Virus record (IMG/VR): IMGVR_UViG_3300042691_017212
Location: 6,114 to 70,113 of that record
Direction: 5' to 3' (one strand)
DNA: 64,000 bases
Origin: a virus
Under the pieces are notes generated by a model. The model made no database searches. It was not told the origin of the DNA and worked only from the letters and a program-made list of their open reading frames with translations. Within the stretch, counting starts at the first letter, position 1, and each line of letters starts with the position of its first letter. This document shows, in pieces, positions 18,947-27,730 of the stretch. The translations under genes and the position numbers were made by a program.

Positions 18947-20523
18947 TTGAGTATGAAGATGATATAGTCTCAAATAATGTAGAGATATCAAATGTTGCTG
19001 ATTGGATGAGATTTAATTCCACAATAACTCAAAAAAATGATGATCCATTTTCCGCAGAAGGCGAAGACCTATTAAAAATTTCTGGATTAAGCCCAGCACT
19101 TAGAAGAAAAGCAAGCAGAGATATTCAAAAGAAGTTTGTCGGAACTGATAATACTGGAACTCAACAACTATTAATTCAGCAAGCCGTAAGCGGATATGCA
19201 CTATTCGATCTTGTTATGCCAGAATATAACCTAGACTATTTGTCTACAATATATGAAATATCTCCATACAATTATGCTGCAATTAACGCTAAAGTTTCTA
19301 ATATAGTAGGCCTTGGGTTTGATTTTATTGAAAGTAGAAAAACTACAGATTTATTAGATTCAATTGATGATGAGAAACAATTAGAAAGAGCACGTAGAAA
19401 ATTAAATAGAATTAAGCAAGATTTGCATCAATGGCTAGAGGATTGTAATGAAGAAGAAACATTTAAAGAAACTCTTATCAAGTTCTATACTGACGTAGAG
19501 GCTACTGGTAATGGCTATCTGGAGGTCGGTAGAACGACTGCTGGAAAGATAGGGTACATCGGACACATACCTTCAAAGACAATGCGTGTAAGGCGCCTCA
19601 GAGACGGTTTTGTGCAGTTGCTTTATGGCAAGGCTGTATTTTTCCGTAACTTCGGAGATACAGAAACCCCAAATCCAATTGCAGGGGCAACAGATCGTCC
19701 AAATGAAATTATCCATCTGAAGAAATATACTCCTAAAAACAACTATTATGGTATCCCAGATATTATTGCGGCATCTAATGCTATGGCTGGAAATGAATTT
19801 GCGGGCAAATATAATTTAGATTATTTTGAAAATAAAGCAGTTCCAAGATATATAATTACAGTTAAGGGTGCTAAATTGTCACCTGAATCTGAACGTAAAT
19901 TATTAGAGTTTTTCCAAGTTGGACTTCGTGGTAAAAATCACAGATCTCTTTATATACCACTTCCCCCAGACTCTCCAGATTCAAAAACTGAATTTAAGAT
20001 GGAGCCAATTGAGGCTGGAACTCAAGAATCTTCATTTAACGTATATCGTCAAACAAATAGAGACGAAATATTAATGGCTCACAGAGTTCCAATTAATAAG
20101 GTCGGAACGGCTACTGGAATATCTTTGGCTAATGCAAGAGATGCTGATAAAACATTTAAAGAGCAGGTTTGTGCTCCAGCGCAAGATATTCTTGAAAAGA
20201 AATTAAATAAAATAATTCAAGAAATGACAGATGCCCTAGTTCTTAAATTTAATGAATTAAGCTTAACTGATGAAGACACTCAGTCAAAGATTGACGAAAG
20301 ATATTTAAGGTTACAGGTAATTACCCCTAATGAAATTAGAATTAGGAAGGGTATGGTTCCAAGAGAAGGCGGAGATGAGGTTGTAGATTTGGCTGCCAAG
20401 GCAGCTGAAATTAAGGCTCAGGCTATGCAAAGCCGAACCAGGGATGGGGAACGTGCTGCAAATTCTCCAGATAATTCTGGGGAGGGCAGAAATGCAAAAG
20501 GCGACGGCAGACAAGTTGAGTAG
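18943..20523 (+). CDS. Portal protein
   Basis: TGNGYLEV, IIHLKKY..YYGIP, YFENKAVP, ILMAHRVP and ITPNEIR motifs. Confidence 0.9.
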   Translation: MIEYEDDIVSNNVEISNVADWMRFNSTITQKNDDPFSAEGEDLLKISGLSPALRRKASRDIQKKFVGTDNTGTQQLLIQQAVSGYALFDLVMPEYNLDYLSTIYEISPYNYAAINAKVSNIVGLGFDFIESRKTTDLLDSIDDEKQLERARRKLNRIKQDLHQWLEDCNEEETFKETLIKFYTDVEATGNGYLEVGRTTAGKIGYIGHIPSKTMRVRRLRDGFVQLLYGKAVFFRNFGDTETPNPIAGATDRPNEIIHLKKYTPKNNYYGIPDIIAASNAMAGNEFAGKYNLDYFENKAVPRYIITVKGAKLSPESERKLLEFFQVGLRGKNHRSLYIPLPPDSPDSKTEFKMEPIEAGTQESSFNVYRQTNRDEILMAHRVPINKVGTATGISLANARDADKTFKEQVCAPAQDILEKKLNKIIQEMTDALVLKFNELSLTDEDTQSKIDERYLRLQVITPNEIRIRKGMVPREGGDEVVDLAAKAAEIKAQAMQSRTRDGERAANSPDNSGEGRNAKGDGRQVE

Positions 20524-20541
20524 TCCTACTCAACTAGTTAT

Positions 20542-20570
20542 TTGCCTTTAGATATATAGAAGTCTATAAT
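20542..20570 (+). promoter_or_regulatory. Promoter TTGCCT-17-TATAAT, near-leaderless
   Basis: The -10 ends 8 nt before ATG 20579. Preceded by hairpin gttgagtag/ctactcaac over the portal stop. Confidence 0.65.
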
Positions 20571-20578
20571 ATACACAT

Positions 20579-21913
20579 ATGACCATTGAAAAATCACACT
20601 GGTCTTCTAATGGAAATGCTATTAATTTATCAGTTCCATTTACGAAGGTCAACAGAGAAAAAAGAACAGTCTCAGGTTTTGCAACACTAGATAACCTAGA
20701 TCAGACTGGTGATGTGGTCACGCAGGAAGCAAGCATGAAAGCATTTGAAAGCTTCCGTGGAAATCTAAGAGAAATGCACCAGCCAATGGCTGTTGGTAAG
20801 GTTGCATCTTTTAGACCAGAAACTTATTATGATCCAAAAACAAAAGAATTTTATAATGGAGTGTATGTTGATGCATATATTTCAAAGGGCGCACAAGATA
20901 CTTGGGAAAAAGTTCTTGATGGCACATTAACAGGATTTTCAATTGGCGGAAAGATTATAGACTCAGATACTGAAGTAAATAAGTCTACAGGACAAAGTGT
21001 CCGATTCATTAAAGATTACTCACTTGTTGAATTGTCAATAGTTGACTCTCCAGCAAATGAACTCTGCAACATATTGTCCATTGAAAAAGTCAATGGTCAA
21101 ATGATTTTCAAGGGCATAGCTGCAGATGTGAAAATGGAGAACATTTTCTATTGTGCAGAAAGTGATTCTGTATTTATGTCAACAGAGTCTGAGTATATTT
21201 CACCAGTTACTGGTAAGAAGACAGAACTTATTGGATGGGTGGAATCAAACGACACTAACAAGTCAAAAGAAATAGATAAGATTCTTGATTCGTATAAATC
21301 AAGATTGCAAACGTTGCCTGATACACAAATTGCAAAACAGGCAAACGCAGAAGGAGGTAATGAAGTGGAAAACGTAGAAACAACAAATACTGAAGAGACT
21401 GTTGAGAAGTTACGTGCACCAGGCGCAGCAGCGGAAGTTGTTGAGCAGGTTGTAGTAGCAGAAGAAACACCAGTTGAAAAAGTAGAAGAATCTGCAGAAA
21501 CCAACACTTCTGCCGAAGTTCTGGAACAAGCAGCCGATGTATCAGACGAGCAGGCTCAAGAGCCTGATTTCGCAAAGATGCTTGGCGACCTTAAGGGTTT
21601 CTTCTCAGAGACTTTGGAAAAGGCCTCTGAAGCAAACGCAGCTCAAGTTACAGCTATTAAAGAAACAGTTGAAACTTTCAGCAAGGGCGTAGATGCTAGA
21701 ATTTCAGAATTAGCAGAAAAGCATACAGCACTCTCAGAAGCAGTAAATGCAATTAAGAGCACCATTGATGGTGTTGAGAAGAGAGTAGACGCAGTCGAAT
21801 CAGAGACTGCAATTAAGAAGTCCTCAGACCTTGGCGGGTCTCAGGAAGTAACAATAAAGAAATCAAAATGGAACGGCACTTTCCTCGGTTCCGTTAGTGA
21901 ATTGATTAAATAA
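20579..21913 (+). CDS. Prohead protease fused to scaffold domain
   Basis: LREMH, TGFSIGG and ELSIVDSPAN (HK97-type protease motifs); acidic coiled-coil C-terminus. Confidence 0.85.
   Translation: MTIEKSHWSSNGNAINLSVPFTKVNREKRTVSGFATLDNLDQTGDVVTQEASMKAFESFRGNLREMHQPMAVGKVASFRPETYYDPKTKEFYNGVYVDAYISKGAQDTWEKVLDGTLTGFSIGGKIIDSDTEVNKSTGQSVRFIKDYSLVELSIVDSPANELCNILSIEKVNGQMIFKGIAADVKMENIFYCAESDSVFMSTESEYISPVTGKKTELIGWVESNDTNKSKEIDKILDSYKSRLQTLPDTQIAKQANAEGGNEVENVETTNTEETVEKLRAPGAAAEVVEQVVVAEETPVEKVEESAETNTSAEVLEQAADVSDEQAQEPDFAKMLGDLKGFFSETLEKASEANAAQVTAIKETVETFSKGVDARISELAEKHTALSEAVNAIKSTIDGVEKRVDAVESETAIKKSSDLGGSQEVTIKKSKWNGTFLGSVSELIK
21365..21913 (+). CDS. Putative nested in-frame scaffold protein
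   Basis: AAGGAGGT (21351-21358) lies 6 nt before in-frame GTG 21365. Confidence 0.6.
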   Translation: MENVETTNTEETVEKLRAPGAAAEVVEQVVVAEETPVEKVEESAETNTSAEVLEQAADVSDEQAQEPDFAKMLGDLKGFFSETLEKASEANAAQVTAIKETVETFSKGVDARISELAEKHTALSEAVNAIKSTIDGVEKRVDAVESETAIKKSSDLGGSQEVTIKKSKWNGTFLGSVSELIK

Positions 21914-21932
21914 GGGTAGGTGAAAATAACTA

Positions 21933-22967
21933 ATGAGTAATGAACTATTAGCTAAAGCGGCTGAAGCAAATACAACCCTAACAGGTAGTATGGTTGGAGC
22001 AGCTAACCCCACCGATGGAATCCACGTCGGTTCCGAGGGTAAGGGTGGTTTGCTCAATCCTGAGCAGTCCGCAAGATTCCTTGATTACATGTTCGATGCA
22101 ACAGTAGTCGGAAAATTAGCACGTACAGTTCGCATGCGAGCTGATACTACTGAGATAGATCGTATTGGCGTCGGCGAAAAGCTTATGAAGCTTGCCGCTG
22201 AAGCTGAGAACACTGGCACAAACGCTGCCGTACAGTTCTCAAAGATCTCTCTAACAACAAAGAAGCTTCGTTTAGATTGGGAGCTTTCGACAGAGTCTCT
22301 AGAAGACAATATTGAAGGTGCCGATCTCGAAGACCACATTGCAAGACTTATGGCAACACAGGCAGGTAATGACCTTGAAGACGTAGTCCTCAACGGTGAT
22401 ACTTCCTTGACTTCAGACAATCTATACAAGGCTTTTGACGGCATTGTAAAGATTGCTAAGGCCAACGGTCACGTTGTTGATGCTGATGGGGCAAATGTGT
22501 CCCGTGAGGTATTCAATAACGCACTTAAGGCACTTCCACGTAAGTACAAGCAGCGCAGACCAGATCTTCGCTTCTTGTCAGGATCTAACTTGATCCAGGA
22601 TTACCTATATTCTACATCACAGAATATATCTAACGTTAACCCACAAGATATTGCTGCAAGCATTATCCGTGGCGAAACAGCAGGTCTCGGTGGTCCAGCT
22701 GGATTTACAGCCCCATTTGCATTCGGTATTCCGATTGTTGAAGTTCCTCTATTGAAGGAAACTCAGGGTGCTGACAGCGACATGGGCGATGTCCACTTGA
22801 CATTCCCAAATAACGTCGTTATTGGTATCAAGCGTGACGTCACAGTTTATCGCTTCTTCTGGCCAAAGAAGGACTCCATCGAATATACAATGTATACTCG
22901 TGTTGGATGCCAAATTGAGCAAGCAGATGCGTGGGTCGTTGTTAAGAACGTTAAAGTTGCTTCCTAA
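21933..22967 (+). CDS. Major capsid protein (HK97 fold)
   Basis: Position after protease; GGLLNPEQ, LEDNIEG, DLEDVVLNGD and FDGIVK motifs; biased C-ending codon usage. Confidence 0.9.
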   Translation: MSNELLAKAAEANTTLTGSMVGAANPTDGIHVGSEGKGGLLNPEQSARFLDYMFDATVVGKLARTVRMRADTTEIDRIGVGEKLMKLAAEAENTGTNAAVQFSKISLTTKKLRLDWELSTESLEDNIEGADLEDHIARLMATQAGNDLEDVVLNGDTSLTSDNLYKAFDGIVKIAKANGHVVDADGANVSREVFNNALKALPRKYKQRRPDLRFLSGSNLIQDYLYSTSQNISNVNPQDIAASIIRGETAGLGGPAGFTAPFAFGIPIVEVPLLKETQGADSDMGDVHLTFPNNVVIGIKRDVTVYRFFWPKKDSIEYTMYTRVGCQIEQADAWVVVKNVKVAS

Positions 22968-22992
22968 TTAATAAATAGGAATTAAAACTGCT

Positions 22993-23031
22993 GAAAAGCC
23001 TCCAAATTAATTTTTGGGGGCTTTTCCTTTT
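22993..23031 (+). terminator. Rho-independent terminator after capsid gene
   Basis: gaaaagcctccaaa...tttgggggcttttc followed by a T-run. Confidence 0.8.
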
Positions 23032-23041
23032 AACCCACTAA

Positions 23042-23050
23042 TGCTATAAT
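23042..23050 (+). promoter_or_regulatory. Extended -10 TGCTATAAT
   Basis: Upstream of SD GGAG and ATG 23076. Confidence 0.6.
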
Positions 23051-23075
23051 TTATTTACATACCAAAGGAGTAAAT

Positions 23076-23474
23076 ATGTCATTTGACACATTGAAGGTTA
23101 AAGAATTAAAGCAAATTGCTGAAGACTTTGCCGTAGACACAGATGGACTAAAAAATAAAGCAGACATCGTTGCCGCATTGGCAGAAGAAGGCGTAACTTG
23201 GTCAGTCTATCAAAGTACATTAAAAAATATAGAAGATTCAAAAGAAGAGGCACCAGAGGTTCTGCCTAAGTTTGATCCTAATCAAGAGATAGAGGACGAC
23301 ATGGTTTTAGTAAGAATGACACGTGCAAATTATAGATATGATATTGCAGGACATACATTTACAAAGGAGCATCCTTTTGTTGCTATGAAACCTGAAAAGG
23401 CACAACAAATTTTCGACAAGGAGGAAGGGTTTAGGTTGGCTACGCCAAGAGAGGTACAAGAGTACTACAACTAA
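23076..23474 (+). CDS. Head-associated protein with N-terminal Rho-N/HeH-like motif
   Basis: LKVKELKQIAEDF..GLKNKADIVAAL. Confidence 0.55.
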   Translation: MSFDTLKVKELKQIAEDFAVDTDGLKNKADIVAALAEEGVTWSVYQSTLKNIEDSKEEAPEVLPKFDPNQEIEDDMVLVRMTRANYRYDIAGHTFTKEHPFVAMKPEKAQQIFDKEEGFRLATPREVQEYYN

Positions 23475-23483
23475 ACCTGCTAA

Positions 23484-24470
23484 ATGGCAGAAATATATAA
23501 GGATACAAATGCTCCCATAAAAACAAGAATTTCTTGGAAGGGTGAAGTAATAGACAACGACTATCCAGTAGTTGTTGTTGTATATGATATAACAGAAGAT
23601 CCTAAGATTGTTCCGCCAATTAGCCCTACAGTTCCCGTTGGAATATTTACAGCAGAACCAGAAGAATCAGATCCTGGAACTTACATTCTTTACATGCCCT
23701 TGCATCTAACCACTAGATTAAGAAAATTTAAATTGCATTGGCAATTCACAATAGGAGACGGCAACACACAGTTTTTGGTAACTTACTGTGATGTCGTTAC
23801 TCCATATGTAAGCATGGCTGAAGTTGTAGAAGACCTAGGATTAGGGGCAGAGTACACTGATCCTAATTTTAAAAGCTATCACGATTTAAGAATGGCAGAA
23901 AAATATGCCAGAAAGATGGTCGAGTATTATACTGGACAAAAGTTCTTTTTATTCGATGATACATTTACTATAATGGGCAATGATTCTGATACACTGCCGT
24001 TACCTAGAAAATTGAATACTATACATACACTACATCAAAACGATCAATTGTGGATAGATGAATTAGAAGGAATAAATCATTTAGGTTATGTTATAGAGCC
24101 AACAACAAGCGGGTTTGGCATTAAGATAAATCAAGCAGAAATTTTAGATAATGATGTTTATATAGCAAATGGAATGGTGCCACCATCAATACATGACGTT
24201 TCTCCAAATATATTTAGACGTGGCAAGCAGTATAAAGTTTATGGTAGATTTGGCTGGGAATATGTGCCAGATGAGGTAGAGCAAGCTACAATTGAAATAA
24301 TGAGACTTTACTTTAGTAAAGATCGTGTTTGGAAAGATAGGTATGTGAATAAAATATCTACAACTGATTGGGATTTTCAATACACTTCAGATGCATTTAC
24401 TGGAACTGGTTCGGCGTATGCAGATAAGTTGTTAATCGATTATGTTGTAACTCAAATGGTTGTGGTATAG
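23484..24470 (+). CDS. Head-tail adaptor
   Basis: Position; YYTGQKF, GWEYVPDEVEQA and TGSAYADKLL motifs. Confidence 0.7.
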   Translation: MAEIYKDTNAPIKTRISWKGEVIDNDYPVVVVVYDITEDPKIVPPISPTVPVGIFTAEPEESDPGTYILYMPLHLTTRLRKFKLHWQFTIGDGNTQFLVTYCDVVTPYVSMAEVVEDLGLGAEYTDPNFKSYHDLRMAEKYARKMVEYYTGQKFFLFDDTFTIMGNDSDTLPLPRKLNTIHTLHQNDQLWIDELEGINHLGYVIEPTTSGFGIKINQAEILDNDVYIANGMVPPSIHDVSPNIFRRGKQYKVYGRFGWEYVPDEVEQATIEIMRLYFSKDRVWKDRYVNKISTTDWDFQYTSDAFTGTGSAYADKLLIDYVVTQMVVV

Positions 24471-24895
24471 TGTTTAGTATAATAGACGGCCTAATGTCTA
24501 TGAAGCTAGATGTTTATAGACAAGAAGAAGAGCAAGATCCAAATACTGGAGCCATGGTAAAAAGATTTATGTTTTATAAAACCTTAGATTGTTATGCCCG
24601 TGGTGTAATTCAAGAAAATGTTAATAGAAATATAGATAAGCAAACCTTTGGTAATACGTATGTTAACAGTCAAGCCCTAGAGGTGAGAACCTTAGAAAGG
24701 TTAAGCCAAAGAGAAAAAGTAAAAGATATTAGAGATTCTAATAGTAATATTATATGGTATGAATTAAATTATCCAAACAATACAGGAACTGTCTTTGAAG
24801 TAATAGGATCAACTCCAATAACGGATCCATTTGGGACTGTTGTTGGATATAACACATCATTAAAGAGATCGGAGAATCAGCAAATTGGCTTCTGA
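24470..24895 (+). CDS. Head closure/stopper protein
   Basis: Position and size. Confidence 0.55.
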   Translation: MFSIIDGLMSMKLDVYRQEEEQDPNTGAMVKRFMFYKTLDCYARGVIQENVNRNIDKQTFGNTYVNSQALEVRTLERLSQREKVKDIRDSNSNIIWYELNYPNNTGTVFEVIGSTPITDPFGTVVGYNTSLKRSENQQIGF

Positions 24896-25676
24896 AGCAA
24901 TGGCATTGCAAGCTGCTAGCGGACTAGTTAATTTAATGGCTGGTCAGCCAATAAGTGGTGCAATAAAAGACAGCACCGTTGCTCAAATATCTGCAGCAGT
25001 TTTTTATAAAACAAATGTTATGGCTAAGCTTACATCTAATTTAGCTTTTCAGAATGCTTTTAGAAATACTATATTTAATCAGGTAGAGGAAGATTTTGGA
25101 AATTATGTTGATGCAAAAGCTAGGACCTCTCCAAGATCATTGCACCATGTTTATGAGTGGGGCAAAGTTGGGAATAAAGAATCAAGACTATTTAAGCTAA
25201 ACAAATTCCCATCCGACGGATTGTCTTTAAAGATAAACTATGATTTATTAGATTCTACTTCGTTTGTGCCTTCTAAAACATCTAACCACAGGCATGTGTT
25301 TATTAAAAAAGCTTCCATTATGGAAGAGGGCAAAACAGTTGTAATATCTCCAAGAAGTTCTGAAAGACTTGTTTTTGAAATAAATGGTTATATGGTTTTT
25401 ATGCCAAAAGGAGAATCTGTTACTGTGACCAAGCCTGGTGGAGTAGCTACTAAAAATTCATTTTTATCAGCATACAAATATTTTTTTACTGGTCCATTAA
25501 TAAATCTTTCAATAAAAAAATCTGGATTTCAAAGATTATTTAATTCTGCAATGAGTAGAGCCTTGTCAGTTCCAGTAAGCATAAAAACTGTAAAGTATAA
25601 ATTTTCTCCAAACAGTGTTGCTAGTGAGGCAGATGCAGCGCTTTTGGCAGCGTTTACGGGGGTAGCAAATGCCTAA
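24885..25676 (+). CDS. Neck/tail completion protein
   Basis: Position in the neck module. Confidence 0.5.
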   Translation: MASEAMALQAASGLVNLMAGQPISGAIKDSTVAQISAAVFYKTNVMAKLTSNLAFQNAFRNTIFNQVEEDFGNYVDAKARTSPRSLHHVYEWGKVGNKESRLFKLNKFPSDGLSLKINYDLLDSTSFVPSKTSNHRHVFIKKASIMEEGKTVVISPRSSERLVFEINGYMVFMPKGESVTVTKPGGVATKNSFLSAYKYFFTGPLINLSIKKSGFQRLFNSAMSRALSVPVSIKTVKYKFSPNSVASEADAALLAAFTGVANA

Positions 25677-26178
25677 CTATAAATTAGATGCAATGTTTGA
25701 GTTAAGAAAATATATGTGGAATAAGATGAAAGCTTCTAATATATTTGATCCAAATACTTATTATGCAGATAACCTAGATGAGACTCTAATCCCAATAGTT
25801 CCAGTTCAGCAGCAGGCAGAGATGAGTCAATTTTTGAGCGGTAAGAAGCATATAGTCTATGACAAGATAGGTATGTCATATAAAGACAACTGGCTTATTT
25901 GCTGTGAACAAGTTCTATTTACTGTATATTCAACAGACATTTTGGACATAGTTGAGATAAGAAACTTTATGACAGATGAATTTAGACGAATGGATGAATC
26001 GGGTAAGGATGTAAATAAATGGAGTGGGCTATCAGACAAATTTAAGTTCCATACTATATTCATAGCAGACATATCCCCTACAAAACCATCAGAAGAAATG
26101 CAAGGATTTTTGGCCACAGACATCATATTAGAAATACAATATTCAAGAATCACAGACAATAATGGCAGATTTGCCTAG
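25669..26178 (+). CDS. Tail terminator-like protein
   Basis: Position immediately before the tail tube gene. Confidence 0.5.
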   Translation: MPNYKLDAMFELRKYMWNKMKASNIFDPNTYYADNLDETLIPIVPVQQQAEMSQFLSGKKHIVYDKIGMSYKDNWLICCEQVLFTVYSTDILDIVEIRNFMTDEFRRMDESGKDVNKWSGLSDKFKFHTIFIADISPTKPSEEMQGFLATDIILEIQYSRITDNNGRFA

Positions 26179-26179
26179 T

Positions 26180-26208
26180 TTGCTTTAGGCGACTAAATCC
26201 CGTAAAAT
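26180..26208 (+). promoter_or_regulatory. Promoter TTGCTT-17-TAAAAT for major tail gene
   Basis: Canonical 17-nt spacing. Confidence 0.55.
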
Positions 26209-26281
26209 TGGCTATAGAGGAAAGGGCCTAGCCAGCCAAATATATATATATTAATTTCATGAAATAGGAGGATAAAAACTC

Positions 26282-26959
26282 ATGGCACAATCAGCAGGTA
26301 ATGCTAAAAACATTCTCGTTGGAGCGTCTCCATTATTTATATCAAACATTGATATTACAGAAGGAGCAGCATATAAGGAAAATGCAGAACCAGGTTCCGC
26401 AGACGCAGGCGCATACGTAGCAGGCACATCTTATACATCAACATTGAATGGAATTGATTCAGGAGCATTTTATTACAGAAACGTAGGTTTCACAAATAAT
26501 GGTCTTCAGATCACTTATAATCCAACGTACGACTCAGTAACCGTCGATCAGCTTCTTGATACAGCTAAGCTGTTCAAGTCTGCGATGGAGGTTATGATCG
26601 CAACAGAAATGTCAGAAGGTACACTAGAAAACGTTCTAGTTGTATTTGGACAGGGTTCCGATACATTAACATCACCAACAACTGGTACACAAGCAGATAA
26701 CGATGTACTAGCACTTGCAGGTGGAGCACTCGGTGAGGCTCCAACAGAGCGTCAGCTTATTGCAGTTGGTCAAGCACCAACTTCACAGGTAGCTAATACA
26801 GAGCGTATTTATTATGCTCGTCGTGTTCTCTCTGTACAGCAATCACAGTTCTCGTTGGCTCGTACAACACCAACTACGTTCCCAGTAACATTCCGTCTTC
26901 TTCCAGACGCCTCAAAGGTCGGTCAAGAATACGGTCTAATTATTGACAGAGCAATTTAA
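26282..26959 (+). CDS. Major tail (tube) protein
   Basis: Strong SD AGGAGG; VGFTNNGLQITY..VTVDQ and FPVTFRLLPD motifs; precedes chaperones and tape measure. Confidence 0.85.
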   Translation: MAQSAGNAKNILVGASPLFISNIDITEGAAYKENAEPGSADAGAYVAGTSYTSTLNGIDSGAFYYRNVGFTNNGLQITYNPTYDSVTVDQLLDTAKLFKSAMEVMIATEMSEGTLENVLVVFGQGSDTLTSPTTGTQADNDVLALAGGALGEAPTERQLIAVGQAPTSQVANTERIYYARRVLSVQQSQFSLARTTPTTFPVTFRLLPDASKVGQEYGLIIDRAI

Positions 26960-26979
26960 TAATTAATATTAATTATTAG

Positions 26980-27012
26980 TAAATGGCCCCCAGAAATGGG
27001 GGCTTATTTATT
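26980..27012 (+). terminator. Terminator after major tail gene
   Basis: taaatggccccc-agaaat-gggggcttattta. Confidence 0.75.
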
Positions 27013-27039
27013 GTATCTGCATGATGCTTATGCTATAAT
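27011..27039 (+). promoter_or_regulatory. Promoter TTGTAT-17-TATAAT with extended TG
   Basis: Canonical spacing; upstream of SD GGAGG. Confidence 0.65.
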
Positions 27040-27065
27040 AATTTAGAATCCTAAAGGAGGATAAA

Positions 27066-27398
27066 TTGGCTACAACAGTATACGATGTAGAAGAAATTGA
27101 ATTACAAAATGGTGCTAAAGCAAAACTTAAGCCATTGTCTATTAAGCAACTCCGTAAGTTTATGGAAGTTGTAAAAAAAATACAAGACTCTCAAGAAGAA
27201 GATGTCACTCTAGGCATTTTAATTGATGCATGTGCAGTAGCACTAGAAACTCAGTTACCAGATCTTGTAGCAGACAGAGACAAGCTTGAAGAGGCTTTGG
27301 ACGTTCCAACAATTAACCGCATTCTTGAAGTTTGCGGAGGAATTAAGATGGACGACCCAAACCTAATAGCGGCAGCGGTTCTAGCTGGTCAGAACTAG
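27066..27398 (+). CDS. Tail assembly chaperone (gpG-like)
   Basis: Lies between tail tube and tape measure; TTG start with AAGGAGG SD. Confidence 0.8.
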   Translation: MATTVYDVEEIELQNGAKAKLKPLSIKQLRKFMEVVKKIQDSQEEDVTLGILIDACAVALETQLPDLVADRDKLEEALDVPTINRILEVCGGIKMDDPNLIAAAVLAGQN

Positions 27399-27727
27399 AT
27401 CTAGCCGCATTAGAAGGTGAAGTTTTTCTTCTTGGGCATTGGAAGAATTACGAAGAGTTGGAAGAAAATTTATCAATGCCAGAGCTCCTTCAGACGCTAG
27501 AATCTATGCATAAGAAAGAGCACAGCCAGCGAAAATTTACCGCATCTTTAAAAGGAATACAATTAGATGATGAGGTAGAAGAAAAAAAGAGTAAGACCTT
27601 TGACGATGTAAAAAGGAAAGCTCTTGGAATAAACGCCAGTGGAGACGATGTAGTTTCTTTACAAGGTAGTTTTGCACAAGACGCAGGATTTGGAATCGGA
27701 ATGGGGTTAGGTTACTCTAAGGGGTAA
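27356..27727 (+). CDS. Tail assembly chaperone gpT-like part, reached by -1 frameshift at C-CCA-AAC
   Basis: The -1 frame is open from 27347 to 27727; slippery heptamer at 27356-27362. Confidence 0.75.
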   Translation, partial: PKPNSGSGSSWSELDLAALEGEVFLLGHWKNYEELEENLSMPELLQTLESMHKKEHSQRKFTASLKGIQLDDEVEEKKSKTFDDVKRKALGINASGDDVVSLQGSFAQDAGFGIGMGLGYSKG

Positions 27728-27730
27728 TAG

